This document shows, in pieces, positions 1 through 10,907 of a stretch of 20,000 bases of DNA (positions within the stretch are counted from its first letter, which is position 1; every line of letters begins with the position of its first letter). The notes under the pieces are model-generated. The model was given only the letters and a program-made list of their open reading frames with translations. It did not search any database and was not told where the DNA came from. The translations under genes and the position numbers were made by a program. Where the stretch lies: contig JABANN010000126.1 in the NCBI GenBank assembly GCA_013115125.1, positions 46,502-66,501 of the forward strand, written 5' to 3'. Source of the DNA: Perkinsus olseni (taxonomy: Eukaryota).

Positions 1-159
1 GCCTCTCTTGGAACGTAATTGATCTCGTTGATGCCACTGCTCGGGCGAGGGATTTTAAGTACTATCCCCGTGTTTTATACGCCCAAGAATGGGCCATGGA
101 GACTAGAGGGAATTCCGCCTGCGGCCACGGCTGCGAGTCTTCACGTTGCGTATTGATAG

Positions 160-3100
160 GTGGGCAAGTTGTGGTAACGTCGACCGGCGGCGACGAGGTC
201 GGTCAGGAGATCTTCAAGTGCAAGCCAGCGTCGAGCTTGGATGCGCTTTCCCTTTGTGAGTGGCCCGTAGGCCTCACACGCTTAGTTCACAGCAGGTTCC
301 ATACCATCGAAGGCGGGAGGCTTCTCCGTTCTTTGGGCGGCAGTTGCTGGTGATGGGTGTATCAAAATTATAGACCTGCGTGATTGCCGAGAGGAAACGG
401 AGAGTACCATAAATTACGAAGATGATGGCGAGGCCGGCGTCGTGTCGAATCTGACATTCTCCAGAGGAGGACAGACCATCACTTTCAGTGAGTTCTGGTG
501 AACTCGGAGACAGCAAATTGTGCAATCTCCGGAAATAGCATGCTCACCAATTCCTTTGCTCCAATAGTGGCATGCATGCACCGACAGTCTAATTCAGAGT
601 CTTCGAGCTTCCGGCGTGCATTACATGGTCATTCCCTTTACCGTAGGCTTCCCTCAGATGTCTCCACAGGCTGCGTGTATTCCTACCTCGCTCGACTGCC
701 GTTAATGTTCGAGGCCAGAGGGAATACCGTGGCGTGGTTGAGCAGCTTGAGGGAGATCACCGTTACCGAGATTGTTGATGGAAAACAGAGGAGTGGAAGT
801 GAGCACAGTTGGGGAGAGGTGACGATCGCTGAACGCTGAGGTTACCGAGCCGGAAAAGAGATTACTGACATGTATTCATGACATAACTTGTACTGACACA
901 TGTCGAGCTTCAACTTTGGACAGTCCTCTCTGGTTATCCCACATCTGATGCTGTACGAGAGCCTGAGATCCTGAACGTGGTTCCCTCAGAGAATGCCGAG
1001 AAGGTGAAGATAGAATGCGAAGTGGAGCCAGCCATCATTGGCGTCGGTCCACGACACATAGCGGCCGGTACGGTCCTGCCGTTGTTAGCGCTTCCGATTT
1101 CGGCTGGTCAAGGTGCTGTCCGTCGAGTGTATTATCATTCTCGGCGCGATGGAGAGAAGACCGAGAGAGAATATCCGGCAAAGGTGGAAGCAGTGGAGCT
1201 GTCGCAGTCACATGCTGCTGTTCTCGCGGAAGGGAAAATGTGGGCGAAATTTCTCCTGTTGACGATTTACCTTGGAGACAGATACATCCACTCGCTAAAG
1301 GGGCCTCCCGCGGTGACGGTGTTGCCTGCTGAAGGCTCCAAGGGCGATGATGGTGTGAAGATTTTGTCGATGCGAATGACTCCTCAGGATATTCTTGTGT
1401 GAGGGAGGGCATCGCTTTCGGCTCACCTCTCGGGGGATTTGATTTGTCCTGACGGCCTGTCTGGATCGTTTCCGATATTTTCTTCCATCGGAATGTACGC
1501 AGCCCGTGGAATCGGTCAAATAGAAAGGGGCACTTCCCAGGTTTAATAACTGGGTTGACCTCCCTTGGATACTTGAAGTAGTGAGGGGAACTTGATAACC
1601 ACCCAGGGAAGCCGTCAATGTCTACTGTTTCATTCAACCTGACCGGACTGCCTAACGCTCGTGGCAACGTGGCAACTGACCGAGTACGAAGAGATGATTA
1701 GGATCGCGTCTGGATTTTCCCGTTTGTATAGCCGGACCTCGTGAGGCTGTGGCGGCCAGTGGATTTTTCAGAAGTGGAACCAGAATAGTAGACATGTATT
1801 CGTTATCGCGGATCATGTGTATTTCCGAGTGGGAACGAGCCAGTACTTGTCTGCCATGCATTGGTTGATGGCAAGGGACCTGCCGTGGGGTTTGCATCTG
1901 ATCTTTGCAACGTTCGTATATCAGTCTCACGAAACGGTTGATCGATCTTCAGTATCTTATTCGCTCATCACTGGCATGAGTCAACCTTAGATACTCGACC
2001 AGTGGCAAGGAGCTTGTCCACTACGATGTAGAAGCTCATCCACAACGGCTCGTTCTCTGATGCCTGGCCGCAGGTTGAGGAGCGGTGCCCGATTAACGAG
2101 TACCGACATACTGAGGGTATCCTAGCTGTCTATCCGAAGAGTCTTGGAGGGACTTACACGGCTCTCCTCGACGCTAAGGGGGTGCTGCAAGTCTATAATG
2201 CCGTCACTGAGGTAGTCGCGGTCATCATCTTCATTTGGCTGTCTGATTGGGTGATCGGAGCTCGCTGGGAGAGAAGAGTAGACAGAGTGATTGCATTTGT
2301 TGTTCCATTCGGTGCGGCGCGAGTGCTGGCGTCTTAATCCCTGCTTCATATCGGAGGACCCTGAGCGGAGCGAAGCTCTTGGAGTAACTTTTATTTCACT
2401 GGGGAGGGACACGCGTTTGGGAGAGGTGTCTACTGCTCGTTTATGTACTGCTCGAGATCAGGTCTCGCTCAGTCCAGTTGACCATGATAGAGTTGGCAAG
2501 ATCAGAGGGGTGCTGTGGGACTTGACAGATCCGTCGGTTTTCGTGGTTGCTGCTGACGCTAGGGAAGCTGCCGTGCTGGAGCTTCACACATGCGTCGTCT
2601 ACGATGTGAGATTGCCCGCCTTCAACCTCGGATGCTCCTTCCTTTCAGTATTCGCTGTCGGGCCCGACAGTCGTGCCGGTAGGTGGTGCAATTAGGCGGA
2701 GCGAAGTATTTTATGATTCGATCGATCTTGAGTCGGGAAGGGACGATCCGACTACTCTAGCTCACGGAGAGATACCAGTTGCCGTCCAAAATGGGTAGGC
2801 CGGTCGATGCACTCAGGGAATCTTAGGTCGACCCTAGAAGTTGACAAGTGAGGCTGCACTATCTCGTTGTGAGGGATATAGTAGTAGTAAATTTAGAACG
2901 CGTCATGCATATGCAGATTAGGCTCACTGCGAACGAGATAGGGTGAGGAGTAGTCGAGAGGATTGGAATTGATGGCGGGACGCTAGTATGATGAGGCTGG
3001 TGAACACGCAGTGACGCGGTGTTACGCGGGCTGTGCACATGAAGTCGGTGTGATCCCAGGCGATGACTTCTGTCTCACCGTAAACTCAGATATACGCATG

Positions 3101-6100
3101 ATATACTCAGGTCAATTGTCTTGTGTAGAACGGTGTATGCCCGCTTCCTCAGGAGAGTGACTGTTCAGTGCCAACAGCCCGGGGAGCTGAGGACATCAGA
3201 TCTTGCTTCCCATTCAGGGATAGGATCGGCTCTGCGTCGCATGAGCAGTATGCTGTTGAAGCGATCCCGGGCGGCGGAATTCCTCCATGCAGATGCGAAT
3301 TCGGGACCTGTCGACGTTGAGGAGATGGAGAGGGTCGTTATGCGCCTTGCTGCACTTGGGAGAATGGGTAAGGCCTTCTGCTTGGCTCCAATCGCTGTAA
3401 CGAGATGGCTTTGGTTGTGCCGCTGCTCCTTTGTTAGGGATGGTTTTTTACTTGTACTATTTTCTCATAGAAAAATAACTGGATCGAATTTTGACGCGTT
3501 TCGATCAAGTGTTGTCCGCTTCACTTGCCCTGCAAAGCGTCAACAGCACGATTACCTTACCTCAGCAAAGAAACCCTCCTTCACCTCGCCGAGCTACGAG
3601 CTGTAATACACTGCTTTACTTCAGAGCTTGCCTATCGTGTATGTCTGAGCATTCCTCGGGAGGAAAAGATGGGAGCCGACGAGGGAGGCAGGGACGAGCT
3701 GATGAGGCTGATTGCTCGGCAGGCTGTGGAACTGTTAGAGGTCGAGTAAGGATGGAAGATACCTTTGCTCGGGGAAGGCGTCTGTCCTGGTCAGTATGGC
3801 GATCCTCGCGTATAGAGAGTGCGGTGATGCCGACAGAGTGGCTTTCTTGGACCGCTTGGTTCAACTTGAAGATGTGCCGATGCTGCAGGGGTACTTGAGA
3901 GTACTGTTGGGGCAGAAACAAGTGAGTTGAGAGAGTGCCGGAGCTAGGGCCGGGGTTCCGCGTATTTTCTGTTCTGAAGCTTTCTAGGGAAGAACTTCTG
4001 GTACATGTGCAAAATTATATACGTTTCATCCGAAAATAAGTAGCGCGCATTTTTCTTGGGCAAATTGGAATAATTTCCGTTTCTCGAGTTCAGAAGTGAA
4101 ATTTCAACAGGATATAGACGTTACGATCAAACAGCAGGTTTAAGTCGCTTCTAGCTGTAGTATAAATCGGTCGGTTCTATTGCAGTGAACGCTCCTCGTC
4201 AATGTCCCACTGAGAATTAATCTAGTGTAATCCTGAAATTGACAACAGTTGTCAATTTTTGAATCTGAGGTTGGTATGCCAGCCACAGGTAAGGCCCAAA
4301 GATACGAACGTCACTTGGCAACACGCATGTATCCCCAAACTTGACGAATCTAGTATCGGAGCATGAGAGCCGACGGCACCCCTCTGCAGTAGTAGTACTT
4401 CTGGGGCCATCGTCTTGGGTGTCCTACACAGTGTACCTGGGTGAGCCAAAAAATTTGCCGATAGTGATACTTTTCTATGGATTGTAACCGCCAGCCGATC
4501 ATCACCGTTCACCACTCGGCTGATTCCGAGATCGCGAACTTCGCAACCGTCCTCGATGCATCCAACGAAACCTGGAGAGGTTCGGCGCGAGAGAAAGGCC
4601 ACATTGTTTCAACTACTAAAAGTACAAAATCCTCTGTAACAAAGAGTACTTTACTCTCGGGTTTGAAACGCCTGCGGACGATTCCTTTGCCATACATGTA
4701 TGCTATTGCGCAAAGACACTGCCGGGAAAAATGGCGCCCACATCTAAATACCTGCCCGAATCATCACCCCGCCGTCGGCTTGATGGCGCTTGGATCGGCT
4801 CAGAAGGGTGGTAGCATCCTAAAGACACCCACGGGCCCATCCGTCTGGGCCGTCAAGCGTGGCTCGTGACCCGTCAGTCCACCGAACCTTCGAGCCATCA
4901 AGTCCGCCTTCATGTCATGCTTGGCTCATTGCACCCTCTTCTCCTCATGGTACTTGGGGCTCAATTCTTGGGCAATGAAAGCCTGGGGTTGGCTTCCATG
5001 ACCTTTCCTATGCTCTTCAGCACCTTGCACGTACTTATGCTTTTGTAGCGAAAGTTTTGCTCCCTTTACCCACCCCTGCCGCATCCAGCAACCCCTCATT
5101 GGTGGCTGGAGGAGCTCTGGCAGTCCCCCTCTTGGGTTTCCTCTTCCCTTGCGGCGTAACGCTTTTCTCATACTACCCACCCCTCCTCTCGAAGACCTAG
5201 GAAGAGTCCTCCAGGTACTACACAATAGTACAGTGCTCCTTTCCGTGCCATTTTGCTACTTCGAAGCTCTCAGCCTCTTCAGCGAACCTCTTGACTACGA
5301 CAGGCTGTCGTCGACAGCTTTCTCGGTGTCGCTGATCACTGATTTTTGTGGCATACGGGATATATACGTGTGGTCCGGAATGTCTGGAACCTGCACGGTT
5401 CGAGGGGGCCAATTTTTCGCTCGCCCAGATATATCAGTAACCGTTTCGGATATGACCATTCTGACTCAACATGCGATGGCTCGTGATGATAGCTATGCCC
5501 TGCGAATGTTTCCGCTTAAATCCATGCTGTCGAGAAATGAAAAATATGCGCATCTTGCCTAGGAAAAATGCACGCTCCTTATTGCTGAGTAGGGTCATCG
5601 GAATCTTTGTTAATGATGGTATAAGTCACACAGTGGAAGCCTTTCCATTAGGCGGCGATCGAGTCCTTCGTGAGGGCGGGTGCGCCTCGGGAGGCCCTGG
5701 ACGTCATGTGCGACTCCCAGATGTGGGAGGCAGCTAAGGGATTGGCCACCACTGTCGACCAACGCCGTCTTCCCATGATACATCGTCAAGTTGCAATGGT
5801 AGGCGTTTGAGCTGGGTATGCTGTTGACCGCGGGGCTTAGGGTCTGGAAGATAAGGGAGACTACGAAGGGGCTCTGGCGAGTTATAAGGAGGCGATAGGG
5901 GAGGTGGATGAGTCGAGGGTTGAGGATTCGGCGGAGCATTTTCGAGCTTGCAACGCTGGACTTGCCAGGTGATGCTTCTGCTGGGAGCAGGGTCTCAGTT
6001 CTGTACTATCCTTGTGGCTGCATTGATTGCACTTGGCAGATAGTCGCGTGTGCACCAGAGTAGCTCATAGGCTGTCTACCTCACGGGATTTCGGCCCAGC

Positions 6101-9100
6101 CGCCCATCTATGAGGGAGCAACAACTAAAACATACCCACTTACCTTATGCGCGCATCGACACTCACAGCGTGTGCTTAAATAGTTGCGTTCTCCGGCCCT
6201 TGTGTTAGCATTGGATGTGTCGATCGTCGGCTGTAGCTATGCGATCATCATCATCATCATCATTATCCGTCGCCCGGCCTTTGACGAATCATCCTCGATG
6301 TGATGCGGTAATCCCCTTCTGTAGGTGTCTGTGCTATTGTGGCATGTATGAACCGGCGGCTAGGCTATGCAAGAGGATCGCTAAGGAAGATATTCTGATC
6401 GAGTGCGCGGGTATACTGGAGAGGATGAAGCAATATTCGCTAGCTGGGAGGTCATTTCGTGCGATGACAGGTGCCGGGTTCGAACCTGGGCCATTTAGGT
6501 TGCATCAGCGCCTTGGTAATTTAGAACGAGCGTGTAGTCTTTACATTCAGGACATGGACTTCGATGCTGCGAAGCCGTTGATGGACCAGGTATCTTTCCT
6601 CTCTGTGTAGAACCAGCATCAACCTTGGATACTGATGCAGGTATCAACTCCAAAATTACATCTACTCTATGCGAAGGCTAAGGAAGCGCGAGGCTTCTTT
6701 AAAGAAGCTGCAGCAAGCTACGAGAAAAGCGGCGACATGGAGTCTATCGTCAGACTGCTGGTCGATGAAAGTCACCTGAATGACCCGCGGAAGGCAATGG
6801 ACTTGATAAGGAAAGGTAGGCGAAGTTTCGGCTCGTTCGATTCGGTCTACCAACTGTTAGAGGGAGCACGAAAGACGCGGAGATAGTTGGTCCATGGGCC
6901 CTATCTCGTTGTAGGGGGTGTAGTTGTAGAACGGAACGTAAGTAGATTGGGCTCATAGTGAACGGGGTAGAGCGAGGAGTACTAGAGAGAACCGGAGTTA
7001 ATGACGGGACGCTAGTATGACGAAGCTAGTGAACACACATTTCAGTTGAGTTATGGAAACAGCGCACGTTTTATCTCTGGAACCGGACTCTTTTCATTCT
7101 GATCGGAGCCAAAGGCTTTCCAGTCCTGCCCTAGGCGAATACCACTACCCCTGGGGGACAGGAGGGTTGTGTTGACCCCACACAACACAACTAACTAGAA
7201 TACTCGCATTACATCGGTGGGTGTAGTGAGCTTCATCAGGGACTGCATCGTCGACCGGAGCTGCGGAGATCGTGGCCGACTACTGCCGTAGGGTGGGAGA
7301 CATCACGGGGTCGATTGAGTTCCTGGCGAGGGCGCGTCTTGATGAGATGGCGTTCGAGATGGCGGCTCGGCATGACCAGATGCCGGTGTATGAGAGAACT
7401 CTTGCGGAGGTAGGGAGCTGGGCCGGAAACAGCGGTGGCTTCAATGGCAGTTCTTCTGTGATACGTGTTGCGGGAGTTACGGTACGGATTCTGCTGTAGC
7501 CATTCTTGTATAATGATGAAAGCAGGTAGTAACTGTGATGGGCAGTAGACGACTGAGGTCGATACTGGCCACGCATCGCAGTGAAAAGTTGATGCGTTCA
7601 GGCTTCGTTCCACGTTAGTCGTTCACTTCTTAATCCAGTGCCTTCACAGGGATGAAAGTTTGTTGCTTTCAGAGTGAAGGCTCGGATGAGTTGGTCAAGG
7701 AGAGGTATCGGAGTGTAGCTGGTTATTACAAGGAAAGGAACCTACCACTAGAAGCTGCGAAGAACTACGTTCTCTGCGGAGAGTAGGGCGGGGTCTGTTG
7801 CGGGGCCTGGAGCGAAATTCGACGAGGACATCCCGGCAAGGCGTATAATGGACCGAAACGACGCGACTGCTGCTGACGGTGGCATTGGGGATGGCCTGAT
7901 TACAGACTTCCGTGGCCAGGTACGAAGTAGCAATGGACCTCTGTTTGTCTCTGAACCAGACCAACGTGTCTGTCGACGATACCGCCGCATCGGTCGCTGG
8001 AGGGGGGCTGTGGAAGCTATCGCCGCATATGGACTTGGCTATCGACATAGCAGGGTGAGGGGGAAGCGCTCTCGGTTTACCAATGCGACCTGCGATTCTG
8101 ATCGGGCTCCGCTTAGTGTAGAAGGAGCGGCTATTCCGCAGTATCTTAACGATTGCGAACTCTAGCGGGGAATGGTCGGGGGGATTTTCTCGAGATTGTG
8201 GTGCTCTGGTGCCACAAAAACATTCGAAACATCATTTGTTTGCTATTGCGACCCGTAACCTGACACTCTGCGCGGTGAGTTACTTCATGAGTAGCCACGG
8301 CGCATTTGCATTTACGCAGCGTCACTCACGCAAGAGTCGATTGAAGCGGAATTCCCGCTCCCCTATAGGATACGCATGCAAGGTTGACTGCTTGCTGGTT
8401 AGGCGATGTCATGACGAAGGGTTGGTGAACCGCCTGGTTGACCATCTGTTGAGGGCGAATGCAGGACTAGAAGACGACGAGCTGGGATATCACCAGGTGA
8501 GCTTCTCGCATGGGAAATGATCTCCTGATAGATCTGAATGAGTGTGGGGGGGAGGGGGAGCTTTGGATAATGATCTGGATCGGAGGCAAGCGAATCCTGT
8601 ATTTTCAAATCCAGTCTTGGTATTGCTGTATTGAATGGGCCTTGAGTCTGAGCCAGTTTGGCTCCGGCTCGCCATTATTCTAGTGGCTAGTGTTCAGGCG
8701 TAAAGTATTGGGAATTGCAAATGCAGTCTCGGTATTGCTGTATTCAATGCGCCTCGAGTCTGAACCTGTTCGGCCCCGGCTCGCCATTGTTGTGATGACT
8801 ACTTGTCAGGCGCAGAGTATCTATAAGTTGCATCAAGTGTTGGGTAATTACGAAGAGTCCGCCCGTATAGCGATGCTCATCGCCAAGCGAGAGCAAGACG
8901 AAGGCCGCTACAAAGCAGCTCAGTCGCTTCTGTTGAAAACCTACAAGGTGACAGCGGCAGCGACTTCGACTAGTCCACCCCAAGGGCTCTTTCTTAGGAC
9001 CTGGATCGACTGAAGATGAGGATACCGAGAGAGCTGTGGGAGCGTCTGATGCTATTGCAAAGCTACATTTTGGTGAAGCCACTAGCACAGCTAGATGAGC

Positions 9101-10149
9101 ACGTTAATGCGGCGCTTTTGCTGAAGAGAATTTGCCAGGGTGGGTTAGCTGAGCATCGCGAGATGGTTGGACAGAGGCGTTTGAGATCTGTACGGATCAC
9201 AGGCAACGTGCTGGAGTCCTTCCGAAAGCACGCAGCTCAAACGTTGGCTTCGGCTGTGATCGAGTGCATGAAAAGTGGCATGAAGGCGGAGGCGCATGCT
9301 TATGCCTGTGAACTGATGAGGGATGCTGAATTGAGGAATCGGGTGAGAACCGTCGTTAAAGTAGCGCCTGTGGGGCGTCACGGGTTAGCTGATCAGTAGT
9401 CGTTTCTTCAATATTTACTTTGTTTTCTGATTGCGTCCGATCGTGAGATTCTCAAGACAAGAAGGTGGTGAAGGCCGTTGGTCAGCGTGCATCAATTTGC
9501 GTGCAGATACCGGAGCAGCTGAGAAAGAAAATCGAAGTGGTTGTGCGGAAGCCTCCGAAGGGGGACCAGCAGGCGTTCCAAGAGCCTCTCTCCCCCTGCC
9601 CATACTGTGCAACGCCGCTGCCCGACTCATCCCTGAGCTGCGGACATTGCCAGAGTATCATTCCCTTCTGTGCGGTGACTGGACTGCATGTGGTCCTGTC
9701 GGACTGGTCGTCTCCTTGTGGGAGCTGCTCGTTTCCGATGCGCTACTCGATGTTGGAGAGGATGCTGGTGAGTGGAACCTGATAGTTGTCGATTGCAAAC
9801 AATCTCGGTTTGCCTTGCTATGAAAAGTTCAGCGATGTAGATTTTTGACCGTGTGAGCTATCATCTTAGTATCGGTTAATTTTCTGCTGAAGCTTCGGCA
9901 TTCCCTACTTAGCTGTGTTCATTGGGCAGGGCGTATCTTTTGTCCTGCAAAGCGCTAGGTTCGACCTCGTCGGTAAGTTTCCTCCCTTTTCCATAGGCAC
10001 ATGAGAAGTCTATTGTTTGCCCGATGTGTAGTGAGGAGTTGGCGGTATCGGCTGTGACCAAGTTGAGTCCCGAAGATGCACTTGAAGAGGCGGAGAAGTT
10101 CAAGCGAAACTTCACGCGGACGATGAGCACGCATGAGAACCGATCATGA
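160..10149 (+). CDS. IFT144: Intraflagellar transport protein 144 / WD repeat-containing protein 19 (IFT-A core), multi-exon, N-terminal ~250 aa lie upstream of the window
   Basis: Manually spliced exons at GT-AG boundaries: 160-255, 296-487, 658-798, 990-1067, 1113-1239, 1282-1398, 1991-2027, 2074-2211, 2462-2605, 2649-2678, ~2733-2794, 3153-3247, 3293-3367, 3625-3745, 3795-3921, 5652-5798, 5841-5968, 6325-6450, 6499-6589, 6641-6815, 7240-7409, 7673-7782, ~7841-7919 (uncertain), 7960-8054, 8403-8496, 8810-8947, 8998-9139, 9203-9342, 9507-9767, 9997-10149 (TGA). Peptides are collinear with WDR19 as I recall it: GQEIFK; AGDGCIKIIDL; AWLSSLREITV; EVEPAIIGVGPRHIAAG; INEYRH; KIRGVLWD; VSTPKLHLLYAKAKEARG; IAKREQDEGRYKAA; LMLLQSYILVK; C-terminal Zn-binding region CPYC..CGHC..IPFCAVTG..CGSC..CPMC. 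Confidence 0.93.
2859..3040 (+). repeat. Dispersed intronic repeat, copy A (homologous to 6901-7069)
   Basis: ctatctcgttgt...gcagattaggctcactgcgaacgagatagggtgaggagtagtcgagaggattggaattgatggcgggacgctagtatgatgaggctggtgaacacgca aligns to copy B. About 77/98 identical in the ungapped 3' block (manual count), mostly transitions. Confidence 0.9.
4236..4258. repeat. Perfect 23-bp palindrome (11-bp arms, 1-nt centre)
   Basis: aaattgacaac-a-gttgtcaattt inside the 1.73-kb intron 3922-5651. Confidence 0.9.
4870..5320 (-). pseudogene. Possible decayed non-LTR retrotransposon ORF1-like fragment in the largest IFT144 intron
   Basis: Frameshifted, stop-ridden minus-strand peptides RQPVVVKRFAEE, LFLGLREEG and FRYKSISTCKVLKSIGKVMEANPRL/FIAQELSPKYHEEKR resemble LINE ORF1 RRM/CTD motifs (..IxGLxE.., F.S....VL....KL....FI..DLSP..REER). 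Resemblance by eye only. Confidence 0.25.
6244..6263 (+). repeat. (ATC)6 microsatellite in intron
   Basis: atcatcatcatcatcatcat. Confidence 0.9.
6901..7069 (+). repeat. Dispersed intronic repeat, copy B (homologous to 2859-3040)
   Basis: ctatctcgttgt...gtagattgggctcatagtgaacggggtagagcgaggagtactagagagaaccggagttaatgacgggacgctagtatgacgaagctagtgaacacaca; same orientation as copy A, in a different intron of the same gene. Confidence 0.9.
8606..8821 (+). repeat. Diverged tandem duplication, period 112 bp, spanning an IFT144 3' splice site
   Basis: caaatccagtcttggtattgctgtattgaatgggccttgagtctga...tcaggcgtaaagtat (8606-8709) vs caaatgcagtctcggtattgctgtattcaatgcgcctcgagtctga...tcaggcgcagagtat (8718-8821). 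Confidence 0.92.
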
Positions 10150-10907
10150 ATGTCTCTTGTGGAACGCTTTTTCTACTGGTCCTGTAGGCAGCTTTGGTTG
10201 CAGTTCAATCGTTGATCCAACGGCGTTGATCTTAGCGAAAAGCGGCTCCTTGCCGAGCAATTCGCTGATAAAAAATACGAAACTCGAGGAAAAAATCGAG
10301 GAATCGCCGAGGTAACCTTGGCAAGGTTATTGTTATTCATGCGGTAAAAAAGGAAACCTCGATCCTAAACTGGCTTTAATTTGCTTCTTGCCTTAGTAGC
10401 ACGGTATAGAGGTTACTGGCTGAACCATAGTTCCTACGGGAGTGATGGAGTAGTGATTGGCGACGGGAGGCGGGCCGCAGAAATCATGATTCGTTATCTT
10501 ATAATCACGGGTCGTATCCGAGTTATACCGCCGACATACTTCTTGAAATCACGGCTGGACCAGTCTATTCATGGCAAGGCAACAATAATGCAGGTACCAG
10601 CGCAAATACTGATACACTTGATTTTACGGGCCATGTAAACGCGTTGCAATCAGACAACCATTCTGTATCCCCCGACATACCGTTGCACTGGCAAACGAAA
10701 CAACAGACTTGCTGGGTTTCCTGCCTACTGGACAGTATTGCTAACGATGATATTAGACGAGCCAGTAAGGAAAGTGAAGAGCCAGCAGTTCTGGGCTTAA
10801 GCTGAATAAAGAGCCTGATAGATAGGTGAATAGGTGTCGCGTTCAAGTTGCGCTAAAAAACTGAATCGGGCCTGCCTTGTTAAGACAGAAGTATGGAAAG
10901 TTGAAAC

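Noticed and set aside
805-862. Intron start echoing the preceding exon (SWGEVTIAE vs SLREITVTE; shared gttaccgag)
   Set aside because: Too short and degenerate to distinguish from chance.
1533-1612. Imperfect long hairpin in intron 1399-1990 (cttcc/ggaag, ctgggt/acccag, tactt/aagta)
   Set aside because: Fragmented stems with large asymmetric loops and no second copy to support conservation.
7513-7556. Possible intronic C/D snoRNA (ATGATGA ... CTGA)
   Set aside because: Only ~44 nt between the boxes, no terminal stem and no recognisable rRNA guide.
274-10130. Numerous 60-210 aa ORFs on both strands across the IFT144 locus
   Set aside because: They are exon-plus-intron read-throughs or antisense shadows with no independent protein signatures.
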